Shown here: positions 33,531-46,208 of the stretch, piece by piece | Numbering within the stretch: position 1 is the stretch's first letter | How the letters are laid out: every line of letters begins with the position of its first letter | Assembly (NCBI GenBank): GCA_051294905.1 | Contig: CM119372.1 | Location: 31,684,001 to 31,748,000, forward strand | DNA length: 64,000 bases | Source: Botryllus schlosseri | Taxonomy: Eukaryota | Direction: 5' to 3' | Position numbers and translations under genes: made by a program | Notes under the pieces: model-generated | What the model saw: the letters and a program-made list of their open reading frames with translations, nothing else | What the model was told of the DNA's origin: nothing | The model's database searches: none

Positions 33531-36256
33531 CATAGGCGCCGACTTTTATTTTTGCATGGGTTGGCGGCAGGCGCGTAGCCAGGGGGTGTTGAAACCCCCT
33601 CATTTTGAAACGCAAAACCCCGCGCTTTTAGAAATGATTATTCTGACGCTAATATTCACTAGCAATTCAACAAGTCGTATTATCAGTGTTACGCGGGGCC
33701 GCGACCAATTAGCGAGATTCGTCTGGGCACGCATATCGTATCGCGCAAAGTAACGCGCGACCCGATCTCCTGCTGATATGATTGCGAAATTAGGATTGGC
33801 GCGCGCTCGGCATTCGTCGCTGGACTGAGCACTGAGCAGTAACACGGCGCGACAATTCTGGAACACCAAAGACAGACAAGAATTATGATTACAAACGCGC
33901 GTGGCCAATCAGTAATTATCCCTTACCGCCAACACAATTGGTTTTTACTTAGTAATGAGTAGCTCGCATCGCGACAATTGGTTGGTTGCTGATTAAAACA
34001 TCGATTTTGACTGTATTGCTGCATTTTCTCGATTTACTTCCGCAAAGCATAATTGGATTATTATTATGGGCACTGGAGTACAACTAGCAAGCACACAGAA
34101 TAAAACACTGTTCAACTTTGCGCTCCGAGAATATTTATCACAAAAATGGTTCACAAAATATTTTAAACGCGGCTTGCGGCCCTCCTCGATGCAAATATTG
34201 CACTTTAATTTGTAGAAGGTGAACGTATATTTGGTCGTCAAATCGCGATAGGAGATCGTGTTTCTCAGGACGCGATGAAATCTACGTTTCTAACACGAAT
34301 AACGATGAGGTCGAATTTGTACACCTAAAAAGCATCGTTAGTTTGCTGAAATCATCATCAGTGCGCTGTGCGAAATACATATTAGTGATCAATTTTATCG
34401 GACTACAATCGGCCGACAAGGTTGCGCTGATAACGAAATTGCAGACATGCCGCAAACCTGCAATAATTACAATTACAGGGTGCGGTAGTCATACCTAAAT
34501 AGCCAGATTCGGAAATGGAAACAAGCACAATTTGTTCAGACGCGGGCATAAGTTTTAATCAAAAAGATACATAGGCCTAAACACAAACAATATTACACTC
34601 AGAGATTGTAACTGTTTGGCGTAAGTGTTTCTGCGGACGGTGGCAGGCCGCGGACGCGCTAAATCAAACCACCGACGATAGTGCACATCATGAGATATCG
34701 ATGACCAATTTCGCATACAAATGATTCCCGCTAATTTGCAGTACGCAGCATCCTACGAATTAGTGAATTGGCATTTGAAAGGGACGAGATTTTTAGTTAT
34801 AAATGAGAAACTCCCTGGCTACGCACCTGGGGTTTTAATGCCGACAACGCGCTAGTTAATATCGGCCCGGGGCCTACAGCCTACGTAGGCCCCTGATCGT
34901 AACATGGTGCGCTTTTAATTATCCACGTTTTATTGCAGCAGGAGCAATATGGGTGCATGCCGCGTTCTTATCAATAGAAATACATATCCCAAAGGTTTGA
35001 AATTCGATCCGCGATATGGTTTCCCTCGATAGAGTCCGTCCAGCAATGAAGTCTATTGGAAAATAGAAGGTTCCCGTTCAAATTAATTGAATAAATTCAG
35101 AATTTGCGCCACCGAGAATTTCGTGTTGCATCAATATTTGACAACGTAATTCAACGCTGTGCACTGCACAATGCGCAGTATTAATAACAAATCAACCACT
35201 GACAAGTGACACCGAGGGAATAAGAGTGTATAAAGCAGACAAGAATTAGTAGCCTTAAGATGATAGCAAACGAGAAAGCGCGCATCTAATCAGTAATTCC
35301 TCAACTTGAGTACAGCACAAGGGGGTCCCAACTTCCAAGTCTGACATCGCGACAATTGTTTGCTCGTTATAACGACGTTTGAGCTGCATTGTTGCCTTTC
35401 CCAATAAAAGTTGGCAAAGCCTTGTTAGAGTAAGGAATATGCGCACTTTGAGCAGGAATGACTTTCAATTCGCAAGCATACACAAACACACTGTCCTATT
35501 TCGCGCTCCAAGCCTCCCCTCCAATTAAAGAGACTATATCACGGAACTAACTCCAGAATTATCTTGTAAACGAATATGGGCGCAAATGCAATTTAATTAG
35601 GAGAAGGAGAACGTGATTTCGCTCGTCTGGTCGAGCGAGAAGATGGTGTTTCTCAGCGCAAGCGTGTCGAAATCCACGTCGTAAACGTGGTTGCTGCGAT
35701 TGTCTGATTACTAATCACGGATTACAATTTTTAAGCACTAGTTTGTTTTTTGGATTTGTGGTATTCATGGTGTTTGTCGACTACTATGGTCATTTACACC
35801 AGGCCGATATTGTTCATTATTTTCCGTAACTGCCGACTTATAGCACGGCCCACCTCTAGGCTTTTTGTAAGACACCGCTTACGCGGATGAGGTGGCGAGG
35901 AGAAGCCTAGGTAAACCTCCAACACTTAGGTATCGGAATTCTGAAGTCGACCTCGGTCGGACTCGAACCCGCACCGATTGTGGTTGCAGCCGCGGATTAT
36001 ACCACTGCGCTATCTCGCCACTTTTTAGCACTATAGTTCGTCGTCGCCGACGAAGCTGCGTATTCAATTAATCGCGCGCGTATCGGGGTAAATAGTTGGC
36101 ATTTACGCGCTATCACAGACTCGCTTATTGACAGCGCCGATGATTTGAAATCGCAGACGGCGGGCGTTTAATCTGATTGTATGGGGTGGCCGCCACCCTA
36201 TAAATGTATAATGGGGTGGCCGCGCCACCCCGCCACCACGTAACTCGGCGCCTATG
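33531..36256. mobile_element. Non-autonomous DNA element (cataggcgccga TIR) with internal insertions
   Basis: cataggcgccga / tcggcgcctatg; flanks gcttggttata / gcttggtata; related inverted sequence at ~51065-51440. Confidence 0.7.
35745..36019 (-). mobile_element. tRNA-derived SINE (second family)
   Basis: Minus strand ggcgagatagcgcagtggtataatccgcggctgcaaccac...gggttcgagtcc (A and B boxes), body and A-rich tail; headless copy at 50915-51055 (+). Confidence 0.75.
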
Positions 36257-37538
36257 GCTTGGTATATGCATCGTGATAGTGAATAGGCTACACACACTTC
36301 TTTGCTTCCGAACCCTCTTTAGTCTATTGTATCGATGTTCAAGGTCTAGTAGAGACATTGGGAACTGTGAATTGCGCCTCTTTATTGAAGGACCAAGCCT
36401 AAAAGCTATTCTGTCGCATTATACATATCAATGTGCTTCTATCCCCGTAGCTGGTACAACTGTCATCAAGGTGTTTTACGAGAATATGAAACTTTTGATT
36501 TCAAATTTGGAATAAAGTACTAAAACTACTCTAACCCGTAAAGTTTCCGTTGATTTTGAATTTATAGATATGATACTGGTTCAACTGTATAGAACTACAA
36601 GGTATCCTTGTTTTATGTGTGAATGGGAAAGTAGAAACCATTGAATTAAACGTCAGTGGCCGATGAGGGAGTATCTTACACGAGGCTTTAAAATGTTTCA
36701 GAGCCTGCTCTTATCGACAGATCTAATGTTGTATTTCCATCATTATATATTAAACTGGATTTCATGAAAAAGTTTTTAAAGGCTTTTATAAAACAGAGTG
36801 CATGTTCTAAATACATTCACGAAAGTCTTCCTAGCTTTAGTTAATACAGGTAAGTAGAGTGTGGTATTTGTAGGACCTCAGATCAGAATACTCACCAAAA
36901 CCCCCTATTTCTTATTAGGAAGGTGGATTTGGAAAAAAATACATGACTCTCTTTCATTGAAATTGCATGTAAATTTCTTCGAAATACTAATGATACTGAT
37001 TATTTGGAGGGTTTAGTTTTAGATAAGAACACCTCAAATCCAATAAGGTAAGTGGAGAGCTTTGTAGGACGTGTTTCGCATCATATAGGGACATAAACAG
37101 GCATAAGCGCCTGTAATACAGCCTTTATTGAGTAAAATTTTTATTCGATTTTTGCGAAAAATTGGGACGTGATTAGTGAATTCTGACGGAAAATTCGGAA
37201 TCAGCATCGTCAAATTACGTAAACTCAATCATTCGTTCTAAAAAAAAAAAAAGTTGAAAAATGTCGACCAGTGTTCCCAATTATTTACGAATTTTATACG
37301 CATCATCCGGATTTTCATTCGCACCATCCGCAGCACCTTCGTTAATCGCACTGCAAATGTTTTCGTTCACACAACTGCCTACCATCCCACATGTTGAAAA
37401 GCACTGTTGCAGACCAAATGAGAATATACCAACCTTGGCCTAGATATCATCAGAAGTAAATTCAGAAATAGACCAAGCCCAAGAGCTTAATGAATTCACG
37501 ACGATATGTTCAAAAACCCACTCCCGTATACATTTTAC

Positions 37539-39834
37539 CAGGCAGGGGCTAAGTGCGGCCCGCGGAGCTATTCTGAGCGGCCCGCGAAAAGTTGCTGGGA
37601 ATTCAAAACATATAAAACCTACTTTTTAATGTTGCTGCGTGGAATAAAACCATAGGTTGTATAAACTGAACCGAAAACTCGTTTACCTTCAAGACGGTTC
37701 GTTAATATGTCGCGATTACGCAGCCCCCGTACCTCGCATGCGTTAGCGTAATCGAGATTCAAAATAAAGTCAATGTAGCAAATTATGCCATTACAATTTT
37801 TCTCACAAGAAGTCACCAAACCTTCGTTAGTGCCATGTCACATTAGGCTACGCACACAGTCTGTCTGTGCTTCAAATTGTTACGGGATACGTTTCCAAAT
37901 TCTAAAGTTCTGTACCTCCAAGAAGCTCTTCAATTCCTTATTCGTAAAATAAGTCAATCATCACCAGAGGTGGTCAAATTAGTCAAGAAAGCTACTCAAG
38001 TAGAAGTAGAAGTAGCGACGAAAAAAATCTACTCAAGTACGAGTAGTATTACTTCTTTCATGAGCAACCTAAAACTACTTGAAGTAGAAGTAGAATTGAC
38101 TGACTTTAAAAGTACTCAAGTAAGTAAGTAGTTGTGAAAACGATCCTAATTCGTTCACATGGATTGTAAAAAGGTGCAAATTGAGCTATGCGAAAGGTGC
38201 TTAGCTTGATTCATATTGATGCCTACCAGCAGGTCTCCAATTTTCGATAGCATGTAAGCATTCGTCCACACCATGGGATGAAAATGATAGTATTGATATG
38301 GAAATGCGATACTAATTCTCTGTTTACTCAAACAGCACGTTTTAGAAAATATCATGGTGCTGCGCACTCCCCCATATTATAAGGCCTGTAGTTTAGTCGA
38401 AGAGCAATACGGAGATGTTGTGTTGGATACGGTGTAAACGCTTTGTGCGATTAGTAAACGTAAATAAAAAATATGGTGAACCGTAAGCTATATTGTGTAG
38501 CTATATTTCTGGAAATTGATGACATGACTGCACTTGCTTTTATGCTTCAACATGTACGTTATCTAGACAAAAGAACTGATATATGATATATGGTACTGGG
38601 AATTGAAAGTGAAATATAAATCTAAAAACGGAACATGTATTTAATGTCTTTAGTCCAGAAAGTTACGAAGGTTGGTATGCTAAAACAGCTCTAAAACTAA
38701 GAAAAGTCAGAGTCCACTTTTCCAGATTAGGACACGCCATGGACAGCTTGATTACAATATGATAAGTAAATGCTAGATTGCGAAACATCAGTTTCAAACG
38801 TTATGATAAGCCATATATACTGTGATGAAATACTGTATATGGTGAAGGGCGACAGGGCGGTGTGAACGGAACCACGCCAACCCGCTACCTAAACTATATT
38901 CACCGATACTTTCGTGAAATCATACTGGTTAATCCGTATTCACTGCGCGCGAAGCGCGACGAAAATTCTGGGCTTGACTCAACTTTATGAAAATTAAATG
39001 TCGATACTCCGTGAAAACAGCCCCGAAATTTCTTAGGCTATCTTCCTGATTAGAGTATTAAACTACTTCTACTTGACAAACTGAAAATAGCGAGAAGTAA
39101 GTAAGTAGATCACAAAATATTATGAAGTAGAAGTAGAAGTAGTGAAATTCATATCTACTTGAGTAAGTACCAGAAGTAGAGGAAAACTACTTGAGTACTT
39201 CGAAAAAGTAGAAGTACTTCGTTACTGACCACCTCTGATCATCACCCTCATCCATAAAGGATGAACGGGCATGTCAAAAAAAAAAGAAAGCCGAAAGCTG
39301 AAGTTCAAAGATGGTTTGGAAGACTAAATATTTGTTCACTGAAGTCAGGGGTAAACCCGTCTTTTTAGTAGTCAGTGCTAAGCAGGTCGCCTTGTTCAAG
39401 GAGTATCATTTAATCCGGTCTTATGACAAAAGCATGAATTTCAGAAGAACTGCAAGCGTCGCTCAACAACAAGGCTATTTCACCAAGCTGCACAATACAC
39501 ATGCACACTGATCGGAAGGCAGCGACGAAGACAATATTGTCTTGATAGAAAAACACGCATAAGGGTTTAAAGAGAGTGCGAAATGATTCATGATTAACTT
39601 TTTGTCGAAATATGACGGCAAATAAATATTATATTTCGGTCAATAACCGTCACTTTCTCATTCGCTAATATCAACACATCCACTGTACATTTATTAGGAA
39701 ACATCGTAATTCACTGCTTTTAATCTGAAATAAACCAATACGCTTGGGAATACAGCTAAAATTTTTGACTCGGCCCACCAACGTATTTTCTGCTTCTCAC
39801 TTGGCCCGCACAGGAAAATAATTGCCCATCCCTG
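37539..39834 (+). mobile_element. hAT (SPIN/Buster, GTF2IRD2-like) element with decayed transposase N-terminus
   Basis: TSD cattttac/cattatac; gcggcccgcg subterminal motifs; KYLFTEVRGKPVFLV..VA.FKEYH. Confidence 0.75.
37965..39237. mobile_element. hAT MITE with agtaga repeats, present only in duplication copy 1
   Basis: cagaggtggtca / tgaccacctctg; perfect TSD atcatcac; empty site near 44910. Confidence 0.9.
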
Positions 39835-40151
39835 CATTATACAATCGATACAAAGCATTGCTAGTGTGACGTCATATTGACACAAGTGGTCATTAAAGAG
39901 TGTGCGGATTTTAGGCCAAGAAAATCTGGTAACCCTAACATATCTACACTTGCACATAGTCGATTCCATGATGAATGGAGAAAAGAAAATGTAAAGTGAC
40001 ACTTTTTGAGATTAGTAAATCCACATAAAATATGAAGTGATTCGATAGCATCATTCGATTTTCAATTTTATCGAATTAGTAATTTTTAGACCGTTATGAG
40101 CGACACTAACAGAGTGAACGATTGCGTCATTCATAACAATTCTTCTATTTT

Positions 40152-41102
40152 TCATTTGTTTCCAATGGTCGTTTCACTACTGCTTGATCTTCCACATAGC
40201 AGCTTCTTCATTCCCCGCCGTATCTCCATCGATCCGTAGTAGTAGAGGAAAGGATTGAGGCACTCCGAAATGCGAAGTACTCCATGAGCTACCAATGCCA
40301 ACGTCAACGTGGTATGGTCTGAAACCTGGCCGTCACGCTTGAGGAACATGAAATTCTTTGCCCCACAGTCAACTGTGTAAGCTACCAGAAAGCTGACTAC
40401 AACGATCACAAGCTGCTTAACTGCCTTCTTCTCCATTTGTCGCCGTAGCTTATCCGCCGATGGTGTAGTTGCAGGTAGCTTCCGCCCTAACAGGAACAGT
40501 ACGATAGTGATGCACAATCCAACGATAATCAGCGTTGGAAGGAAAATACCTGCAGTGACCCCCAATGCTACCATACCTTTCGCCAGCAACGGCGCATTCT
40601 TTTTCATACCACATTTGAACCCTGTGTCAGTTTCGGACACTCTGATAGCAATAGGGTAGGGCGATATTAGCAGCAACGACACGATCCATAGCGAGACAAT
40701 GACATGGGCACATGTATGAGTCGACATTTGCCTTTTCGCAGGCACAGAACGGACTACAGTGTTGAATCTGAAAAGAGTCAACGCCAGGACCTGGAAGACT
40801 GTTACTATCGATGTTCCGACTTCAACAGTCGTTGCCAATCCACAAGTAAATCTAGGTAGCTTGAAATTCCTTGCCTCAAGAATGATCTTCACAAACAACG
40901 GACTGTTGCAAGCTGAGAGCAAATCCGAAAAGCAAAGCCCGGTCAGAATGATGAGAAATACGGTACGTTTCGTTCTAAGCAGTGTCATAATCATCAGCAC
41001 ATTAGCGACTACGTTCACCGCGGCCAGCAACCAAAATGCTGTTCGAATCACGAATAGCTCTGTTGCATTGTAAACCGAGTAAGTCCCCGTTACATTCGCC
41101 AT
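40152..41102 (-). CDS. Single-exon class A (rhodopsin-like) orphan GPCR, copy 1 (316 aa from MANV; an upstream ATG at 41111 would add 3 aa)
   Basis: Seven hydrophobic segments, N-terminal sequons NVT/NAT, TM2 LCFSDLL, TM3 Cys and ECL2 Cys, TM4 W, TM5 FLP, TM7 CLNPFLY. Confidence 0.9.
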   Translation of the reverse strand: MANVTGTYSVYNATELFVIRTAFWLLAAVNVVANVLMIMTLLRTKRTVFLIILTGLCFSDLLSACNSPLFVKIILEARNFKLPRFTCGLATTVEVGTSIVTVFQVLALTLFRFNTVVRSVPAKRQMSTHTCAHVIVSLWIVSLLLISPYPIAIRVSETDTGFKCGMKKNAPLLAKGMVALGVTAGIFLPTLIIVGLCITIVLFLLGRKLPATTPSADKLRRQMEKKAVKQLVIVVVSFLVAYTVDCGAKNFMFLKRDGQVSDHTTLTLALVAHGVLRISECLNPFLYYYGSMEIRRGMKKLLCGRSSSSETTIGNK

Positions 41103-41323
41103 GCTCGACATCAAGAATACAAACGAAATATGATATAGCTACAGATTTTCGCCCTGATAAAATTAAATAAATTATGGTAACATAACATGCGGTATGGTAG
41201 GTTTTAGTCGAACTCTGAGCATTGCTGTCGTGTTCTCGTGGCTGAACCCGGTTCGAAAGATATCCCTCACGAAGATGCATCTGAAGCGAAATGCCCCGTC
41301 ATCATCTTGTAATAGTTTGTACG

Positions 41324-42340
41324 CAGGACCGTAACAGCACTTCGTCAGCCCCCCAAAACGTTGGTCTTGGGTCCCCCACAGGGTGACAAACCCAGACCCC
41401 CTCAGGCTATACGCTGTTTACCGCTACTTATCATCTACATTGGGTGTCCGTCTCGTGATTGAGCTTTTGTCGCCTAAACGCACCATGCGCGAAAAAAAAT
41501 CTATAATTCATGATTGAATCGATCAATATGATCGAGAATTGCATATGTATAGCTATCAATTTTTATCCTTTCTCTGCACGCGTAATCAGATTTACCGGTA
41601 GAGCTGAGTGGAGTGTGTTTAAAAAGGTAGGACCCCTAAATAATAATTAAACATCTTAGGACCTATACTCGTTGACAGGAACGAAACAGCACTTCGTGCC
41701 CCCAGAAACTTTAGTCTTCGGTCCCCATGGGGTGATAAACTGAGCCCCCATCACGTTGTTCGCTTTTGCCTCGAAATTAGTTGTACTGTTTAGTGAGCCA
41801 GCGCGAAGTCCGGATATTTTCGATCATTCATGATAAAATCGGTCGATGAGATCGAGAATTGCACATATATTGCTATCAATTTCTTGTCCTCTCTGCTCAC
41901 GTAATCAGATTCACCGGTAGAGCTGAGTGAGGTGTCTTGGAAACTGTAGGGCCCGTAAATAATAATTAAAAATATTCGGGCGGGTGGACCCGTTGGTGTA
42001 ATGACTTCGTTACATGATGTTATTCCGTATGACCTCCTGTCTGCTATATCAAAAAATATTGAAATCGACCAAACGTACTAAATTAAAAGACACACACGAT
42101 TTCAAATTGGTATTTCTTCACTCGCAAATAATTTTTCCCTGCGGGATGGTATTTGTCTGGTGGCGTTCAGATTGCAAGGACAGGAACATTCGGCGCCAGC
42201 AGTCATTTAGGCGCCTATGGACAATTAAACCTTATGTATTTTGTATATAGAACAAAGTTTTCGGTCAGCATAAGGGCAGTCCTTTTCGGCCAATGTTTTC
42301 TCGCTGCCGATCGTTATGGCACACTTCTTGGAGTCGCATG
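41324..42340 (+). mobile_element. hAT element (caggaccgtaac family), truncated at the duplication junction
   Basis: Left TIR present; matches 47382-48393 then stops. Confidence 0.8.
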
Positions 42341-44055
42341 ACTCGAGACACTTTGCAAAAATGACTTGACTTGACTCGGCGCTTCAAAAATGTGGATTGA
42401 CTCGTGACTTGGAGCAAAATGTATGAGTCAATTTCAAGTCATCAAGTAAAGGATGTCGATTAAATCACTGTATTTTGTGTACGTTCGTATTGCTCGCGAT
42501 ACGCTTGCGTCACTTGTGAGAGTAAACTACAGTCATTCTCTGATTGTACGTTTCACTGATCGTCTATTGTTACATCACGAATTAATTGCCCACACACGAA
42601 ATGATCACAGCTTACGTCAGTGGTTCTCAACCGGGGGTCCGCTGACCCCTGGGGGTCTGCGAAGCATCTGCGGGGGGTCCGCGAATCCTCTAAAGTTGTA
42701 AAATCATTGAATACCTAATTTTTATTTTATAATTAGGGAAAGCATGAAACAGTTTCGCTTCATGGTTACTCAAATTTTAGGGCTAATATCATCAAAATGG
42801 TCGTCTGAGATGAAATATCCGACTGTGCAAACTCATTTTAATCGCCAAATTGCCAATAGCCTGCCAATGCAAACATATTCCTTTTCCGAGATGTATTGTT
42901 GGGGTTTGTGAAAAATGGAATGTTCGAGATAGCAAAGTCAAACAGGGTGACTTCGAGATGTTTGCAAAAAATTCTGGATTGGGAGTTGTCAGTCTCAGTA
43001 AATTAGTAAGCAATCGTTTGGAATAGAAATTCCCGACTTTTTTTTTTAATTTGCCCCAATGAAGGAATTGAAAACTCGCCATGAAATCCATCTTCTCCTG
43101 TGATATAACCAATAAATAATTTCAAGATGAGATGCTAGATAGAAATGACTAGGCTGGACGTGACATGTTCATTAAAAACTCACCCAAAAGCTGTCGACCG
43201 AAGCGTGACGCGTTAATATTACATTAGCCACCACCTATCTTTGTGGAAATGAATTTTGACATTCCTTCATATCAAATCGAATACACGTATTTCCAAGACA
43301 ATAAATACAGCTGCAAAATTCGTTTCGAAATAATATAAGTCTACCCAATTTCTACATATAATGTGGTTTTATTTTCAAAAAAAGTCATTTTGTGGCTGTT
43401 TATCACTAACTTACAATTAATATTTGCACAAGACAAATGACGGTTGTGCGATAATTGAATTTATTTTGAGCGAAAACTTGTGGGGGTCCGCGGGGTCCAT
43501 GACGGTCCAAAAGGGGTCCGCAAAGACAAAAAGGTTGAGAACCACTGGCTTACGTTGTCGTAGTAGCAGTAGTAGATTAATCTAATAGCAACGTATCTCT
43601 GTTTCTTAGACGGATCAGTGCTTACATTGCGCAGAGATCACCTTTACCAACCCTCTTGTATGATTTAAATCGGGCAAATATAGTTTATGCGTTTAATTTC
43701 TCATGGATGTGTAGATGGGTAGTGTATTGTACCATATCAATCTGTTTTAACTTCTCGAGACTTCGTATTCGATCCTATTGGCTGATAATAACAAACTATA
43801 GCATGCACAGCTATACATTTATTCAAATATTTTATTTGCGGTTCTACGTGTGCGTGAGCGATACAACGCCTTCTTGCATGCATATTTAACTTTATATTCG
43901 TTATTTGATTCAAGATAAATGGCCAATTATTCTGTCTTTCACATATTTAGCAAAATGTAACGACATTGAATCGTCGCCGATACTTTGAAAATTCAATTTG
44001 ACTTGAATTGTGACTTCACTCGTGACTCGACATGACTTGACTTGACTCGAGTCAC
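42341..44055. mobile_element. GACTCGAGTC/gacttgact-rich element at the duplication junction
   Basis: gacttgactcg repeats at both ends; contains the nested MITE 42618-43547. Confidence 0.55.
42618..43547. mobile_element. hAT (Buster/Charlie-type) MITE
   Basis: cagtggttctcaacc / ggttgagaaccactg; perfect TSD gcttacgt. Confidence 0.9.
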
Positions 44056-44525
44056 CTCCAAACCCATGCGTAATAATTATAGTGTGCAAATATTAATTCA
44101 CTGTGGCTTGTGAGAGACAACGGTATTGTCAAAGCTACGATTAACGGTGCGTCGTATGTCAAACAAGCTTTTACAATTGCCTCGCAACTACAAAAGTTAG
44201 GGAGAAACTGTACTTGAATTTCCTATTATGTTCATTTGAATTATGTCACGTTAGAAAAATTACCAATTATTTACGAATTTTATCCGCACTCATCCGGATT
44301 TTCATTCGCACCATCCGCAGCACCTTCGTTATTCGCACTGCAAATTTTTTCATTCACACAACTGCGTACCATCCCACAGGTTGAAGAGCACTGTTGCAGA
44401 CCAAATGAGAATATACTAACCTTGTCCTAGATATCATCAGAGGTAAATTCAGAGATAGAACAAGCCCAAGAGCCTAATGAATTCACGACGATATGTTCAA
44501 AAATCCACTCCCGTATACATTTTAC

Positions 44526-45891
44526 CAGACATGGGCAAAGTGCGACCCACGGAGCTATTCCGAACGGCCCGCGAAAAGTTGCTAGGAATTCAAAACATAA
44601 AACCTACTTTTTAATGTTGCTGCATGGAATAAAACCATATAGGTTGTATAAACTGAACCGAAAACTCGTTTACTTTCAAGACGGTTCATTAATATGCCAC
44701 GATTACGCAGCCCACGTACCTCGCATGCGTAAGCGTAATCCAGATTCAAAATAAAGTCAATGTAGCAAATTATGCCTTTACAATTATACTCACAAGAAGT
44801 CACCAAACCTTCGTTATTGCCATGTCACACTAGGCTACGCACACAGTCTGTCTGTGCTTCAAATTGTTACTGGATACGTTTCCAAATCCCTTATTCGTAA
44901 AACAAGTCAATCATGACCCTCATCCATAAAGGATGAACAAGCATGTCAAAAAAAGAAAGAAAGCCGAAAGCAGAAGTTCAAAGATGGTTTGGAGGACTAA
45001 ATATTTGTTCACTGAAGTCAGGGGTAAACCCGTCTTTTTAGTAGTCAGTGTTGAGCAAGTCGCCGTGTTCAAGGAGTATCATTTCAGCCGGTCTTATGAC
45101 AAAGGCATGAAGACATGCGTCAAGCACTCGGTCAAGCAAGGCCGAATTTTAGCAGAACTGCAAGCGTCGCTTAACAACAAGGCTATTTCACCAAGCTGCG
45201 CAATGCACATGCACACTGATCGGAAGGCAGCGACCACGACAATAAGCTTTGTAGTATCCCAAAGACATTTTATTGACTTGATAGAAAAACACACATAAGG
45301 GTTTAAAGCAGTGGTTCTCAACCTGGGGGGCGCGAAGAAGCGGCCGTCTGAAAAAAAATTTTGCGCTCTGCGCGATTTACCTCCAATTCACGCGTGTTTC
45401 TCTATATATAGACCGAATTTCATACTTTTGAATTATCTCATCAACAGTCATAACCTTCCAGGCCATCAAACAATCTGTTGGGGTTGCTAGCATCCCGGTT
45501 GGATTTTGTGATATGACGATAAGGGGGGCGTGACATTTTTCACAATCATGAAGGGGGGGCGTGACATTTTTCACAATCATAAAGGGGAGGCGTGTCTTAA
45601 AAAAAGGTTGAGAACCACTGGAAAGAGAGTGCAAAATGTATCATGATTAACTTTTTGTCGGAATATAACGGCAAATAAACATTATTTTTAGGTAATTAAC
45701 CGTCAATTTCTCATTCGCTAATATCAACACATCCACTGTGCAACATTCATTAGGAAACATCGTAATTCACTGCTTTCAATTTGAAATAAAACCAATACGC
45801 TTGGGAATACAGCTAAAAATTCTGACTCGGCCAGCCAACGTATTTTCTGCTTCTCGCTTGGCCCGCGCAGGAAAATAATTGCCCACCCCTG
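44526..45891 (+). mobile_element. Duplicate of the SPIN/Buster-like element (transposase remnant ORF 44933-45298)
   Basis: TSD cattttac/cattatac; KRKKAESR..W.TKYLFTEVRGKPV..EQVAVFKEYH. Confidence 0.75.
45309..45620. mobile_element. hAT MITE present only in duplication copy 2
   Basis: cagtggttctcaacc / ggttgagaaccactg; copy 1 has the empty site gggtttaaagagagtg. Confidence 0.85.
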
Positions 45892-46208
45892 CATTATACA
45901 ATCGATACAAAGCATTGCTAGTGTGACGTCATATTGACACTAGTGGTCATTAAAGAGTGTCCGGATTTTAGGCCAAGTAAATCTGGCAACCCTAACATAT
46001 CTACACTTGCACATAGTCGATTTCATGATGATTAGAGAAAAGAAAATGTTAAGTGACACTTTTTGAGATTAGTAAATCCACATAAAGTATGAATTGATTC
46101 GATAGCATCATTCGATTTTCAATTTTATCGAATTAGTACTTTTTAGACCGTTATGAGCGACACTAACAGAGTGAACGATTACGTCATTCATAACAATTCT
46201 TCTATTTT

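Larger units (their letters stand above)
33190..37273 (+). mobile_element. Decayed Chapaev3-like (CMC) transposon, interrupted by an insertion at 33531-36256
   Basis: Fragments CAIRPIPHGPDVTIPLP, LNQAELN..KNLNLP..VGSRLKAK, LRLFIE..SLKAIL..ASIPV..YENMKLL, YPCFMCEWESR, RQWP; right end ...ccagtg at 37273. Confidence 0.7.
37277..42340. repeat. Tandem segmental duplication, copy 1 (GPCR plus flanks)
   Basis: Colinear high identity to 44263-48393, starting at ccaattatttacgaatt; differs by TE insertions and small indels. Confidence 0.92.

Noticed and set aside
35945..36019. tRNA-Cys-like gene (GCA in the loop)
   Set aside because: Stems pair poorly and it continues into a repeated body also seen at 50915, so it is a SINE head
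37280..37530. Coding-looking minus-strand stretch duplicated at 44270-44520
   Set aside because: An in-frame stop is present in both copies and no family is recognisable
40759..41073. 104-aa plus-strand ORFs here and at 46816-47130
   Set aside because: Antisense shadows of the GPCR CDSs
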